From IMG/VR virus record IMGVR_UViG_3300025779_000010, positions 1-32,161 of that record: DNA of 32,161 nt; one strand, given 5' to 3'. The DNA is from a virus (Duplodnaviria > Caudoviricetes). The notes under the pieces are model-generated. The model was not told where the DNA came from, did no database searches, and saw only the letters and a list, made by a program, of their open reading frames with translations. The position numbers and the translations under genes were made by a program. Positions 8,142 to 16,743 of this stretch are shown here, piece after piece (position 1 is the first letter of the stretch; every line of letters begins with the position of its first letter).

Positions 8142-9694
8142 TATCTATTTGCTCCCATACCAGCATTAATCATTGATTGATTTTGAATCGCTTGAGGAAG
8201 TTCTTTTGCAATTCCATTTGCATCTGTCGCTTGAGTATGAACATTAATATCACCATTAATAGCAACTTGAGTATTGTTAGCTGTTGATGTGTTATTTGTG
8301 TGTGCGTTTATACCAGCACCAGTCATATTTGCAGCTTGAATAGCATATTGTTCTCTTTTGCTTGCAGAATTATCATTTGGTCTTTCATAACTTCCCATAA
8401 TGACATCAGAAGCACCAATTGCAGTATTTTGTTGTTTTAATTTATTTCCAGCATTTTTTTCACTGCCTTGCGTTAATTCATATTGAATAAATGCAGCTTG
8501 TTTCATTAAATCAGCTTTTGGGTCATCAATTGCAAATCCAGCCCATTTTTGAAAATCAGCTTGCCTTGATTTGTTCCATTGAGCAATTCCTTTCATGCCA
8601 CTTGCATTTTTGGCATTTGGGTCTAATTTACTTTCTTGACTTAAATTTCCAATAATTCCAGCAGCTTGTTCTTTAGTCCATCCTTGAGAAACAAAATAGT
8701 CCATTAACTGTTTGCTATTTTTTTCTTGTGTTGCTGATTGTTTTTGTGCTTTAGCTGCTTTTCCAGTTACTTCGTTATAGGCTGCAATTGCAACGCCAGC
8801 AATAGGCATAGCTCTCGATAATACTTTTTGAACACTTGACATTCCAAGTTTTGATTCAAATTTATCAATAATGTCACTTAATTTTGTAAACCATGTAACA
8901 GCATCTTTAGCAAAATCTAATAATTCTTCAAGCCCTGGACCAATAGAAATATATGTTTGGTCTTTTAATCTTCCAAAAGCAGAAGATAAATCCACCATTT
9001 TGTCATTAAGTTTACCTGCTTCAATAGTAGCTTGTTCGCTTTTATCATTATACTTATCCATGTCTTTATAAAGACTGTTAAGCGCATCGCCACCTTTAAG
9101 CATGGCATTAAATGAAGCATCGTCACCAAATCCTAAAGTTTTGGCTAAATTTTGAGCCTCTCTTGTTCCGAATTTATCTCTAAATTTAATTAAAGCATCA
9201 GATATTTTGCCAATATTTGTTATATCTTTATCTTTATCAAGACCCAACATAGAAAACGATTGAGCAAATTCTTGACCACCTTTTCCCATGTGAAAAAGAG
9301 CAGCTTGTTCTTGCATTGTTTTCATTGCATTTGTAAATGTTTCAGGCGCAGCTCCAGCTTTTTGAGCCACTTCAGACCATGATTTTAATTGTCTTGCTGA
9401 TACATTTAATAAACTAGAACTAATACCTAATTGCATATTTGATTTAGTCATATCCATAACAAAAGATTTGACTGCATCAAAAGATAATAAAGCAGTTCCT
9501 AATGCAACAATTGAATCTTTAGCTTTTGAAAATTCATCCGCAGTTTGCTTAGCTCCACGTTGAATTACATCATTAGATTTTTTTGCTTGCTCGTCAGTTT
9601 TTCGTAGGCTTTCTACAGCCTTTTTTTGAGCGTCATTAAATTTAGAGGTGTCAAGTCCCAGCTCAATTAATAAACTATCAATAACTGTAGCCAA
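8141..9694 (-). CDS. Tape measure protein with C-terminal phage tail lysozyme domain
   Basis: ATVIDSLLIELGLD start, helical A/K-rich body, GWTKEQAAGIIGNLSQES...GIAQW...YERP lysozyme motif; TTG start with AAGGAG RBS. Confidence 0.9.
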   Translation of the reverse strand: MATVIDSLLIELGLDTSKFNDAQKKAVESLRKTDEQAKKSNDVIQRGAKQTADEFSKAKDSIVALGTALLSFDAVKSFVMDMTKSNMQLGISSSLLNVSARQLKSWSEVAQKAGAAPETFTNAMKTMQEQAALFHMGKGGQEFAQSFSMLGLDKDKDITNIGKISDALIKFRDKFGTREAQNLAKTLGFGDDASFNAMLKGGDALNSLYKDMDKYNDKSEQATIEAGKLNDKMVDLSSAFGRLKDQTYISIGPGLEELLDFAKDAVTWFTKLSDIIDKFESKLGMSSVQKVLSRAMPIAGVAIAAYNEVTGKAAKAQKQSATQEKNSKQLMDYFVSQGWTKEQAAGIIGNLSQESKLDPNAKNASGMKGIAQWNKSRQADFQKWAGFAIDDPKADLMKQAAFIQYELTQGSEKNAGNKLKQQNTAIGASDVIMGSYERPNDNSASKREQYAIQAANMTGAGINAHTNNTSTANNTQVAINGDINVHTQATDANGIAKELPQAIQNQSMINAGMGANR

Positions 9695-9704
9695 GATTTA
9701 CTCC

Positions 9705-9932
9705 TTATTTTTTGTTTGTTATATATGCGTTATGCCTATCAACAGCGTTAATTTCTAACAATATCCACATATCTTCAATTGAATAAACTGTATCTAATTC
9801 ATGCAAAGTAGCAAGCCTAGAAGATATACAAGTTGCTATCGCTTGCGTTGTGGCTTGATACTCAATGAGCTTTCTTGAGGATTGACTTGCGGATTTAATT
9901 CCGAAGTCGATTGGGTTGAATCTAAAAAAAAA
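9705..9932 (-). CDS. Tail assembly chaperone, -1 frameshift extension (GT-like)
   Basis: -1 frame relative to 9836..10300, entered at a T9 run; LATLHELDTVYSIEDMW motif; ends at tape measure RBS. Confidence 0.75.
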   Translation of the reverse strand, partial: FFFRFNPIDFGIKSASQSSRKLIEYQATTQAIATCISSRLATLHELDTVYSIEDMWILLEINAVDRHNAYITNKK

Positions 9933-10300
9933 TCCATGTGTAAATCCCATATAGATTTTCTTAACTGTAATCGAGTTATTACTTCTTCAATATCATCTTC
10001 AAATAATTTACGTTTTACATTTACTGATGGAATAATTTGAACGCAATCCATCATTTCATTTAATAAAGGCTCTGCTGCTTCAAATGGAATTTTTAGCAAA
10101 TTCATATAACCAATCGCTAATAATCCTGACATACCTTGTGCAGCTAAACCTTCGGGTATCTCGATACCAGCATTGCCGATAGCGAGTATTACCCGAAAAG
10201 CCCAGTTTTCAGCTTTAGAAGCCGACATTTCGGTAATTAAAAATTGTTTTCCAGTATCTCTACCAGTATCTGCTACAAATGTCGTTTCTTTTCTAGCCAT
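9836..10300 (-). CDS. Tail assembly chaperone (G-like)
   Basis: GRD.GK.F.ITEMSA..AE.WA, DIEEV.T..LR; between tube and tape measure. Confidence 0.85.
   Translation of the reverse strand: MARKETTFVADTGRDTGKQFLITEMSASKAENWAFRVILAIGNAGIEIPEGLAAQGMSGLLAIGYMNLLKIPFEAAEPLLNEMMDCVQIIPSVNVKRKLFEDDIEEVITRLQLRKSIWDLHMDFFLDSTQSTSELNPQVNPQESSLSIKPQRKR
9923..9932 (-). promoter_or_regulatory. Programmed -1 ribosomal frameshift slippery site
   Basis: Minus strand ATG GAT TTT TTT TTA (nine T); -1 frame reads GGA TTT TTT TTT AGA into the open downstream ORF. Confidence 0.78.
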
Positions 10301-10307
10301 AATTTAT

Positions 10308-10745
10308 TTAGAACCCGTTTTGTGTGCCTACAATTGATTCCCATGTGATTTCATATACTACTGGTTGCAATGTTTTCTTAACAGCAGGAAAAGGTGTCGC
10401 TGTTGTTAAGTAACCATTTTTTAGTGTATATGTAACACCTGTGGATTGAAGAACAATTGTACCATCGGCTGTAAAAACGTCAACTGCCGCATCTTGAGCA
10501 GCTCGCCAAGCATCAAAAATTTGAACACTTGGACTATCTGCTTGTAGATGAACTGTCATTTTGTATGGAACCCATACTTTACCGCCTGATAAATGCCCAT
10601 CAACTCCCATAAGAGTTTCTGATTGTTGCACAGCTTCTGATTCAAAAGCATCATCAACAGCAAAGCCTTGAATGTTTGTTGCGCTACCAAATACACCTGC
10701 TACCGCAAGTGTTAATACTGAATTTGCCGAGGTTATTGTTGCCAT
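10308..10745 (-). CDS. Tail tube protein
   Basis: TITSANS, IQGFAVDDAF, MGVDG.LSGG, LQADSPS; follows sheath. Confidence 0.85.
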   Translation of the reverse strand: MATITSANSVLTLAVAGVFGSATNIQGFAVDDAFESEAVQQSETLMGVDGHLSGGKVWVPYKMTVHLQADSPSVQIFDAWRAAQDAAVDVFTADGTIVLQSTGVTYTLKNGYLTTATPFPAVKKTLQPVVYEITWESIVGTQNGF

Positions 10746-10755
10746 GATTTAATCC

Positions 10756-12246
10756 TTATTGAATTACGATAGAAGCAAGAGTAATTTGTTGTACGCTTTC
10801 ACCATCTTGATAGTATAGAGTGATTGGTGGTGATTGACGAGCAGCACGAGTTTGAGCCGTTGCAGGAGCAATATACAACACATAACCTTGTGATTGGATT
10901 TGTGGTGCAGCATTGAAACCTAAAGCATATTGGATTTCAGCAGCTTGAGCAGCAGATACTTGAATACCTTTACGAATAGCACCAAAGTTAATTGCAGCGT
11001 TGATTGGGTCTAAACAAGCAGCGTTAATCAATGAATAACCTTGAGCATTGTAAGGAATAGAATTTACTGACAACAACAAATCAACCAAAGCTGTTTGTAA
11101 GTTTGCGTTTAACCAAATTTGGTTTACATAAGTATCAGCCCATAACCATTTGCCTGAAACTGAGCCTGGAGTAAACCAGTTAGCGTTATTTGCAGGATTG
11201 TTAGAACCGTATGCAGCGTAAGTGTTATAGCCGTTAGAAACTACAGCAGCCAAATTAGTTGCATTAGATACCGCGGGAGTTAAACCTGATTGTTGGCAGA
11301 AGTCTAAAGTAGTACGACCATTTAACGCATTGAAATTCAATGATGCAGCATAACCAGCAACAAAAGCAGACAATGAATTTGTACCATAAATTGCACAAGT
11401 ACCAACTAATTGATTTGTTTGCAAATAATTGCCAAAAGTAACTGTATTATTAGCTGTTAAAATGTTAATGTCAGAATCTTGACATACATATAAATAGCGA
11501 GGAGCAACAGAATTAGACCAAGTAGCAAATGCTTCTTTTTCTGTAATTGTTGATTCCCATGTTGTAAAGAATGTAGCCCAATTTTGATTAGAAGCAATGA
11601 TAGTGTTCATAAATGTTGCTGGAACACCAACCGCTTGACCTTGTGACAATACTGCGCCAGTAGCTTGAGTTAGCAATAAACCTGTTGATAAAGTACCTGT
11701 TGCATAAGAAATCGTTGCAGTTGCGCCTGTAGTATTAGTTGTAAAAATAAATGCGCTTACTGTTGAGTTCCAAGTAACTGTAAATGGTGGAGTTGTAAAT
11801 GCAGCTTGAATTGCTGCTGCTGCTGCACTAAAACTTGAAACTGCTGCCAATGAGATAGTTCCTGAAGTAATTGGTGTGCCATTTACTGTAAGAGTTAATG
11901 TGCCTGAACCCAACGCTTGCAATTGACCTAAAGTCATAGAAGCCATGTTTCCACTACGCAACCAACCAGCAGTTGCAGCTTCAGGATAATTAGCTACTAA
12001 CAAAGCACCTGGCAAAGTTGTGCTATCTGAAGTGCCGTTAAAATAAATACTTGCCAATGTTGCTTCAGTCGAACCTGCGCCAAAATAACTTTGAACGTTA
12101 GCTGCCGTTGCAAATTGTAAAACCGTACCCGCAGGTGCTAGAGCATTTTGCGTGAGCATCAGACCATTTAGGTCAACAGCGATGCCATTGGCTGCTAATA
12201 CCGATGGAATTACGTTTACTACTTGTGAAAAAGGAATGGTACTCAT
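10756..12246 (-). CDS. Tail sheath protein (DUF3383-like)
   Basis: 496 aa; IP.SQVVNV.P, WADTYVNQIWL, IPYNAQG, RAARQSPP motifs. Confidence 0.92.
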   Translation of the reverse strand: MSTIPFSQVVNVIPSVLAANGIAVDLNGLMLTQNALAPAGTVLQFATAANVQSYFGAGSTEATLASIYFNGTSDSTTLPGALLVANYPEAATAGWLRSGNMASMTLGQLQALGSGTLTLTVNGTPITSGTISLAAVSSFSAAAAAIQAAFTTPPFTVTWNSTVSAFIFTTNTTGATATISYATGTLSTGLLLTQATGAVLSQGQAVGVPATFMNTIIASNQNWATFFTTWESTITEKEAFATWSNSVAPRYLYVCQDSDINILTANNTVTFGNYLQTNQLVGTCAIYGTNSLSAFVAGYAASLNFNALNGRTTLDFCQQSGLTPAVSNATNLAAVVSNGYNTYAAYGSNNPANNANWFTPGSVSGKWLWADTYVNQIWLNANLQTALVDLLLSVNSIPYNAQGYSLINAACLDPINAAINFGAIRKGIQVSAAQAAEIQYALGFNAAPQIQSQGYVLYIAPATAQTRAARQSPPITLYYQDGESVQQITLASIVIQ

Positions 12247-12254
12247 AAAAGCTC

Positions 12255-12773
12255 CTATGGTTTAAATGTTTGGTCGATTGGTGCAAGCGTTACATTTGCT
12301 TCCAACATTGATTGTTGTGATGTAGTCAATATTGGGTTGTATTGTAAACTTGCCGTTATCTTCCAGCGTTGTTCATATTGTTGTTCCCCATCAATCAGAG
12401 GAATTTGAACAGGGTCATCTGCGTACAATGGCTGAATATTTGCAGGGAAAATGTCAGTTGCGTACTGGTCACGAAATAAAGCCTGAGTTTGCATAGCCCA
12501 CGTTTGTGACGTAGAGCCATAAAAATCAAGCTGCATTTCATATCTTGTTGGCGTTAAAATCATTTTTTGTTGTAAAGCTGGATTATAGTCATCTACGTTA
12601 AAAGATAATCTATCCATAGCTCCATTAGTCATTACAACAAAACCGCCTTTAGGCATGGCAACTAAGTTATCCTGCCCTTGAACTACTTGCGTACCGCTAG
12701 GTAAAAATGTATTAAAAAATGTCACCAAAGCCGTAAATACATCTTGGTCAATGATGTCAATTGTTACACTCAT
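12255..12773 (-). CDS. Tail terminator/neck protein
   Basis: QLDFYG, PLYADDP, QYEQRW...LQYNP; directly upstream of sheath. Confidence 0.8.
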   Translation of the reverse strand: MSVTIDIIDQDVFTALVTFFNTFLPSGTQVVQGQDNLVAMPKGGFVVMTNGAMDRLSFNVDDYNPALQQKMILTPTRYEMQLDFYGSTSQTWAMQTQALFRDQYATDIFPANIQPLYADDPVQIPLIDGEQQYEQRWKITASLQYNPILTTSQQSMLEANVTLAPIDQTFKP

Positions 12774-13354
12774 TCTTCAGTCCACTCTATTGAAACATAA
12801 ATATTAGTTCCGCTAGGAACTGTATCGCCATTTAAACTAAAGCAGAATGATTGATTAACTCCACGCAAAATAATGGGTTGTGTGTTTCTAATTCCAAAAT
12901 CTTCAATCCACGGGAATACAGGAATACCACTATTAGAAGCATTAGCCAAAGCATAATGGTCACCAAACATAAAAGTTCCAGTTCCTAATGTGGCAGGATT
13001 GGCTGAATAAGCCCTAACAACTGCCGTTGGTGCTGGATTAGTTGTGTCATAAGGAACACCCGTTAATACTGTAGAAGTGCCACCTGTATTAGCTGTAGTC
13101 CTAAAAAAACAATAAAAGTCAATTACGCCAGCAGAACTAGAATTGTCCGCAGTCACTTGTAATCTTGTAATTTTGATTGTTTTAGTTGCTGAACCTGTAA
13201 TAGTAAATACATCAGTTGCAGGTGAAGCTGGTGTAATATCATAAACACCTGCTCGGTATGTTGGAATATTGACTAAAGGATTACCAAACTGGTCAATTGA
13301 TACTGCTGCATCGGCAGCTAATCCAGGTGTTCCATTGTTTACATTGATTTGCAT
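12770..13354 (-). CDS. Hypothetical beta-rich virion-associated protein
   Basis: 194 aa T/G/A-rich ORF coupled to neighbours inside neck cluster; ends IEWTEE. Confidence 0.6.
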   Translation of the reverse strand: MQINVNNGTPGLAADAAVSIDQFGNPLVNIPTYRAGVYDITPASPATDVFTITGSATKTIKITRLQVTADNSSSAGVIDFYCFFRTTANTGGTSTVLTGVPYDTTNPAPTAVVRAYSANPATLGTGTFMFGDHYALANASNSGIPVFPWIEDFGIRNTQPIILRGVNQSFCFSLNGDTVPSGTNIYVSIEWTEE

Positions 13355-13357
13355 AAT

Positions 13358-13747
13358 TTATTCCTGTTGTAAAGTTACGATAACATGACACCAATCAGAC
13401 CAAGTTTCTACAACTTGAGTAATAAGCCAATTGCGATTACAGCCATTTGGAACTTCAGGGAATACCAATATATCACCGCCAATATTATCGGTTCTTACAA
13501 CGCCAGCAGCATTGCCATAGAGGTAAACTGAACGCATTACGCCTGTAATGTTTAATCCATCAGTATGTTGTAAATCTGTAGAACTTAATGCTTGAACTTG
13601 AGCTTGAACAGTCAGTGTTAAACTTGTTGGTGTTCTTTTACCTGCTGCATTAGTTGTATAGCCAGTAGATTGAATCCAATTGATTTGAATGTTTGGATTA
13701 GTTATCTGAGTATATTTATTTACCATTCCACGCAAATTCATTTTCAA
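13358..13747 (-). CDS. Head closure/head-tail joining protein
   Basis: MNLRG, AQVQALS..DL, GGDIL...WLI..V.E.W.DW; neck-region synteny. Confidence 0.78.
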   Translation of the reverse strand: MKMNLRGMVNKYTQITNPNIQINWIQSTGYTTNAAGKRTPTSLTLTVQAQVQALSSTDLQHTDGLNITGVMRSVYLYGNAAGVVRTDNIGGDILVFPEVPNGCNRNWLITQVVETWSDWCHVIVTLQQE

Positions 13748-14211
13748 TCCTTTTTAAATTCTGAGCCAGCCTTATTTACTGCGTTTGATACAGAAGCAAG
13801 CATATATCCAGTATCAATTAAAGGTTTTGCAGAACCTTTGCGTTTAATGGTAGATGGAGCATTAGGTGGACTGTAAATGCTAGATATTTTTGTTTGTATA
13901 TCGGCTGCTGCTTGCCTTCCAACTCTATCTAAAGTATCAAAAGCAGTTTCTTTATTTAAAACAACTCTTTGAACACCTTTTTTAATGGTTTCAATCCATT
14001 TGTCTTTTTGTTCTTTTATTGTTGGGCGCATGAAAGGGCGAGCAGGTGAAACGGAAGTTCCGTATTCATTCCATGCTGCTACAGTTGCAACAGGCGTTTC
14101 ATCTTCATAATTTATACCTGAAGGAAACCCTACTTGTGCAACAAGATTTTTAAATTCCTCAGGCGCACGTTCTAATGTCGCTTTAATCTTATCAAGATTA
14201 AGCGCAGCCAT
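13744..14211 (-). CDS. Neck/virion morphogenesis protein
   Basis: VAAWNEYGT..PARPFMRPT and PPNAPSTIKRKG..KPLIDTG motifs. Confidence 0.82.
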   Translation of the reverse strand: MAALNLDKIKATLERAPEEFKNLVAQVGFPSGINYEDETPVATVAAWNEYGTSVSPARPFMRPTIKEQKDKWIETIKKGVQRVVLNKETAFDTLDRVGRQAAADIQTKISSIYSPPNAPSTIKRKGSAKPLIDTGYMLASVSNAVNKAGSEFKKD

Positions 14212-14660
14212 TATCCGAAAAACCCACCAGCTCTACGAAAGCCTAGATTTTCGTTACTACCGCCTACAAATAGCCCTACGTTTGCTACAGCACGCAATAA
14301 AGCACGCAATTGACCGCCATAAGGAGTTGTTGCCAACCACCAGCCAAAAGCTGTTTTAACGGGTGGTGGTGTCATTGATACGTTGACTGTGCCTTCGCTA
14401 GTACCTTGAACAACTACTGTAGGGATGCCAGCATTTATCATTGTAAATGATTGTGCTAAATGAGCGCACATTAAATCTAAAGCAAGTTGCAATTGTTTAG
14501 AATTAAAATCCCAAGGAAAGTTATTTAAAACATTAATATAAGCTGTTCCCATAGTCCACCAGCTTTCCAACTGAACTTCAGGAAAGTCAGTAGTATTTTC
14601 AAACGCAGGAAATTGCAATCTGAAATTTGCATCGTTATAGCTAGGGACTAGAGAAGTCAT
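14211..14660 (-). CDS. Head-tail connector (DUF4054-like)
   Basis: FR.QFPAF, L..AHL, EG.V.VS, W...TPYG.Q motifs. Confidence 0.85.
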   Translation of the reverse strand: MTSLVPSYNDANFRLQFPAFENTTDFPEVQLESWWTMGTAYINVLNNFPWDFNSKQLQLALDLMCAHLAQSFTMINAGIPTVVVQGTSEGTVNVSMTPPPVKTAFGWWLATTPYGGQLRALLRAVANVGLFVGGSNENLGFRRAGGFFG

Positions 14661-14661
14661 C

Positions 14662-15018
14662 TTAGTTTACTTTCGGTTCTTCATCTTCTTTGAAATCTGA
14701 AGCAGTCAATGGTGCAGACTTGTCTTTCAGATTCATGTCAGGAACTACTTTTTCTACTTCTACTTTTTTAGCACGAACAGTAATGAAACCATCTTTTTCA
14801 TGTTTCAAAAATACTGGATTTTTCTTTAATGCTTCATAATCGGCTTCTTCAATCTCTGTTGGAACGCCAATTGGAGTGATAAGACGGTCATTTGCCACGC
14901 CTGTACCACCTTTAATTAATACGCCTTTATCCTTAATAGGAAGGTCGTTACCGCCTTGCAACCAATTTTGATAAAGCTGGTCATTTGCAAGCGTTGAAAA
15001 AACGTGAACTTTTGCCAT
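14662..15018 (-). CDS. Hypothetical head-associated protein
   Basis: AGGAG RBS; VLIKGGTGVA...TPIG; position after major capsid gene. Confidence 0.7.
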   Translation of the reverse strand: MAKVHVFSTLANDQLYQNWLQGGNDLPIKDKGVLIKGGTGVANDRLITPIGVPTEIEEADYEALKKNPVFLKHEKDGFITVRAKKVEVEKVVPDMNLKDKSAPLTASDFKEDEEPKVN

Positions 15019-15037
15019 TTGAAACTCCTAAATAGAA

Positions 15038-15067
15038 ATAGATGGGCGGATTTTTCCCCCCATCTAT
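15038..15067 (-). promoter_or_regulatory. Stem-loop upstream of the RBS of 14662..15018 (terminator-like or mRNA-stabilising)
   Basis: Minus strand ATAGATGGG-GG-AAAAAT-CC-G-CCCATCTAT followed by TTCTATTT. Confidence 0.55.
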
Positions 15068-15075
15068 ATTACATC

Positions 15076-15113
15076 AATAAAAAGAAAGAGGCTATAAGCC
15101 CCTCTCTTTTATT
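15076..15113 (-). terminator. Intrinsic terminator after major capsid gene
   Basis: Minus strand AATAAAAGAGAGGGGCTTATAGCCTCTTTCTTTTTATT: imperfect hairpin plus T tract immediately after the TGA stop. Confidence 0.65.
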
Positions 15114-15114
15114 T

Positions 15115-16221
15115 TCAAATCCCACTATATCTCACAACGGCGTATGGACGTTTCAACATAACACCAGCAGTAGCGTTTGAGTAGTCTTCTACATACGCTT
15201 TAGCTTGTTTTTCAACGCCAAGTGCTTGGAACTTAGCTGGAACAACTTGTACCCAAGTACGGCTGTCATCAGAAGCACCATCTTCAACGTGTTCTGCGTA
15301 TAGGTAGAATACGTTAGCACCACCGTTAGCATAGTTCAATTGAGGAGCTGAGATAACACGCAATTTAGCGTAAGTCTTGTTCAACCAGTCACGAACTGAG
15401 ATACCAAAGTCAGAAGTAACTGACAAGTATTGGTATGAATCAGTTGGCAATGCTAAAGTTAATTCAGCATCTTCAGGATTGATTGTATCTTGTGATTGAG
15501 TTTGCAATTGAGCAGCAGCAACACGAATGTCAGCTACGATTTGCAAGAATGTTTTGCTTGACCACAATGTTGAACCACCTGTACCAGTTGCAGCTACAGT
15601 AACGTAAGCTGGAAGTGATGGGTCATTCAAGAAGCCGTATGTCAAGTTATTGCCACCGTTGTAACCATTGAAACCAACTAAGTTACGTTGAATTTCCAAT
15701 GAAAGAGCAGCAGAAGCACGTTTTTCAGCAGAAGTGCTTACACGAATACGAGCAGCACGAGCTTCTTCCAACATACCTACTTTGATACCCTTTTCAAAAC
15801 GGATAACAGTACGGCGTACAAAGTTAGTGTTCCATGAAGCTAGTGGAACGTTTGTGTTGTCACCGTATGGTAAAGCGTTACCAATTGGTTCCAAGATACC
15901 TTGTACTATTTCCTCATCTTCCCATGAGCCTGTTGTAGTAATACCTACCAAATCGTCAATTTTACGAGCAGCAGTAATTACTTTAACAAAGCCTGGAAGC
16001 CAGTTTTGCAAGAATTGAACTGGAGTGGTCATAGATGGGCTAGTAACGTCAGCTTGGTTACCGCTATCCATTGCCCAGTTTGCCATTGCTTTTACTTGTT
16101 TGTCAGAAAAATTAATACCGATTTCGCTTAAGTCAGCAAAATTAGCAACATCTTTTTCATCCATTGCCAACGCACGAACTTGGCGTGGGGCGATGTAACT
16201 ACGTTCTTGTGATTTCATCAT
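15115..16221 (-). CDS. Major capsid protein (DUF2184-like, HK97 fold)
   Basis: 368 aa; G.W.DE, YGD...P, YGFLNDPSLP, ATAGVMLKRPYAV; strong codon bias; AAGGA RBS. Confidence 0.92.
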   Translation of the reverse strand: MMKSQERSYIAPRQVRALAMDEKDVANFADLSEIGINFSDKQVKAMANWAMDSGNQADVTSPSMTTPVQFLQNWLPGFVKVITAARKIDDLVGITTTGSWEDEEIVQGILEPIGNALPYGDNTNVPLASWNTNFVRRTVIRFEKGIKVGMLEEARAARIRVSTSAEKRASAALSLEIQRNLVGFNGYNGGNNLTYGFLNDPSLPAYVTVAATGTGGSTLWSSKTFLQIVADIRVAAAQLQTQSQDTINPEDAELTLALPTDSYQYLSVTSDFGISVRDWLNKTYAKLRVISAPQLNYANGGANVFYLYAEHVEDGASDDSRTWVQVVPAKFQALGVEKQAKAYVEDYSNATAGVMLKRPYAVVRYSGI

Positions 16222-16228
16222 TTATTCC

Positions 16229-16741
16229 TTAGTCAGTAATACGGATAGCTGTTAAGCCAGTTGCAGATTGTGGATAGTTCCATACTACTGCATTAGGGAT
16301 AAGAGCATTGCCAGTTGTTGCAGAAGAACCTGGAGCTACAGTCGATAAAACACCAGTTGTAGTATTGTATTGAACCAAGTCACCGATATTGCAAGCACCA
16401 ACGATAGTAACAACGATAGTTCCCATTGTTAAGAACTCACCTTGTGAGTAAGCTGGCAAGAACAATGTAGGGTCTAGTGGGTTGCCACCAACAGCACCGT
16501 AAGATGCGTAAACTTTTGGGTTCACCAAAATACCAGCAAATACTGAAGTGCCTGAAACGATTGTACCGCCTTGAGTTGCTACGTTAGTAGTATTTGATTT
16601 AGTAAATGCTAAACCGATAGTACCGCCATTGCTGTCAAGAGCTAGAGAATCTACTCGTTGTGGACCATCAACAATCAACTCGCCTGGAATACCAAAACCG
16701 AGATTGACATTGACTGTGGATTGGAAATTCGCAGTAGTCAT
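16229..16741 (-). CDS. Capsid decoration/cement protein
   Basis: FQ..V....GFG.PGE, FAGILVNPK; between protease and capsid genes. Confidence 0.8.
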   Translation of the reverse strand: MTTANFQSTVNVNLGFGIPGELIVDGPQRVDSLALDSNGGTIGLAFTKSNTTNVATQGGTIVSGTSVFAGILVNPKVYASYGAVGGNPLDPTLFLPAYSQGEFLTMGTIVVTIVGACNIGDLVQYNTTTGVLSTVAPGSSATTGNALIPNAVVWNYPQSATGLTAIRITD

Positions 16742-16743
16742 GA

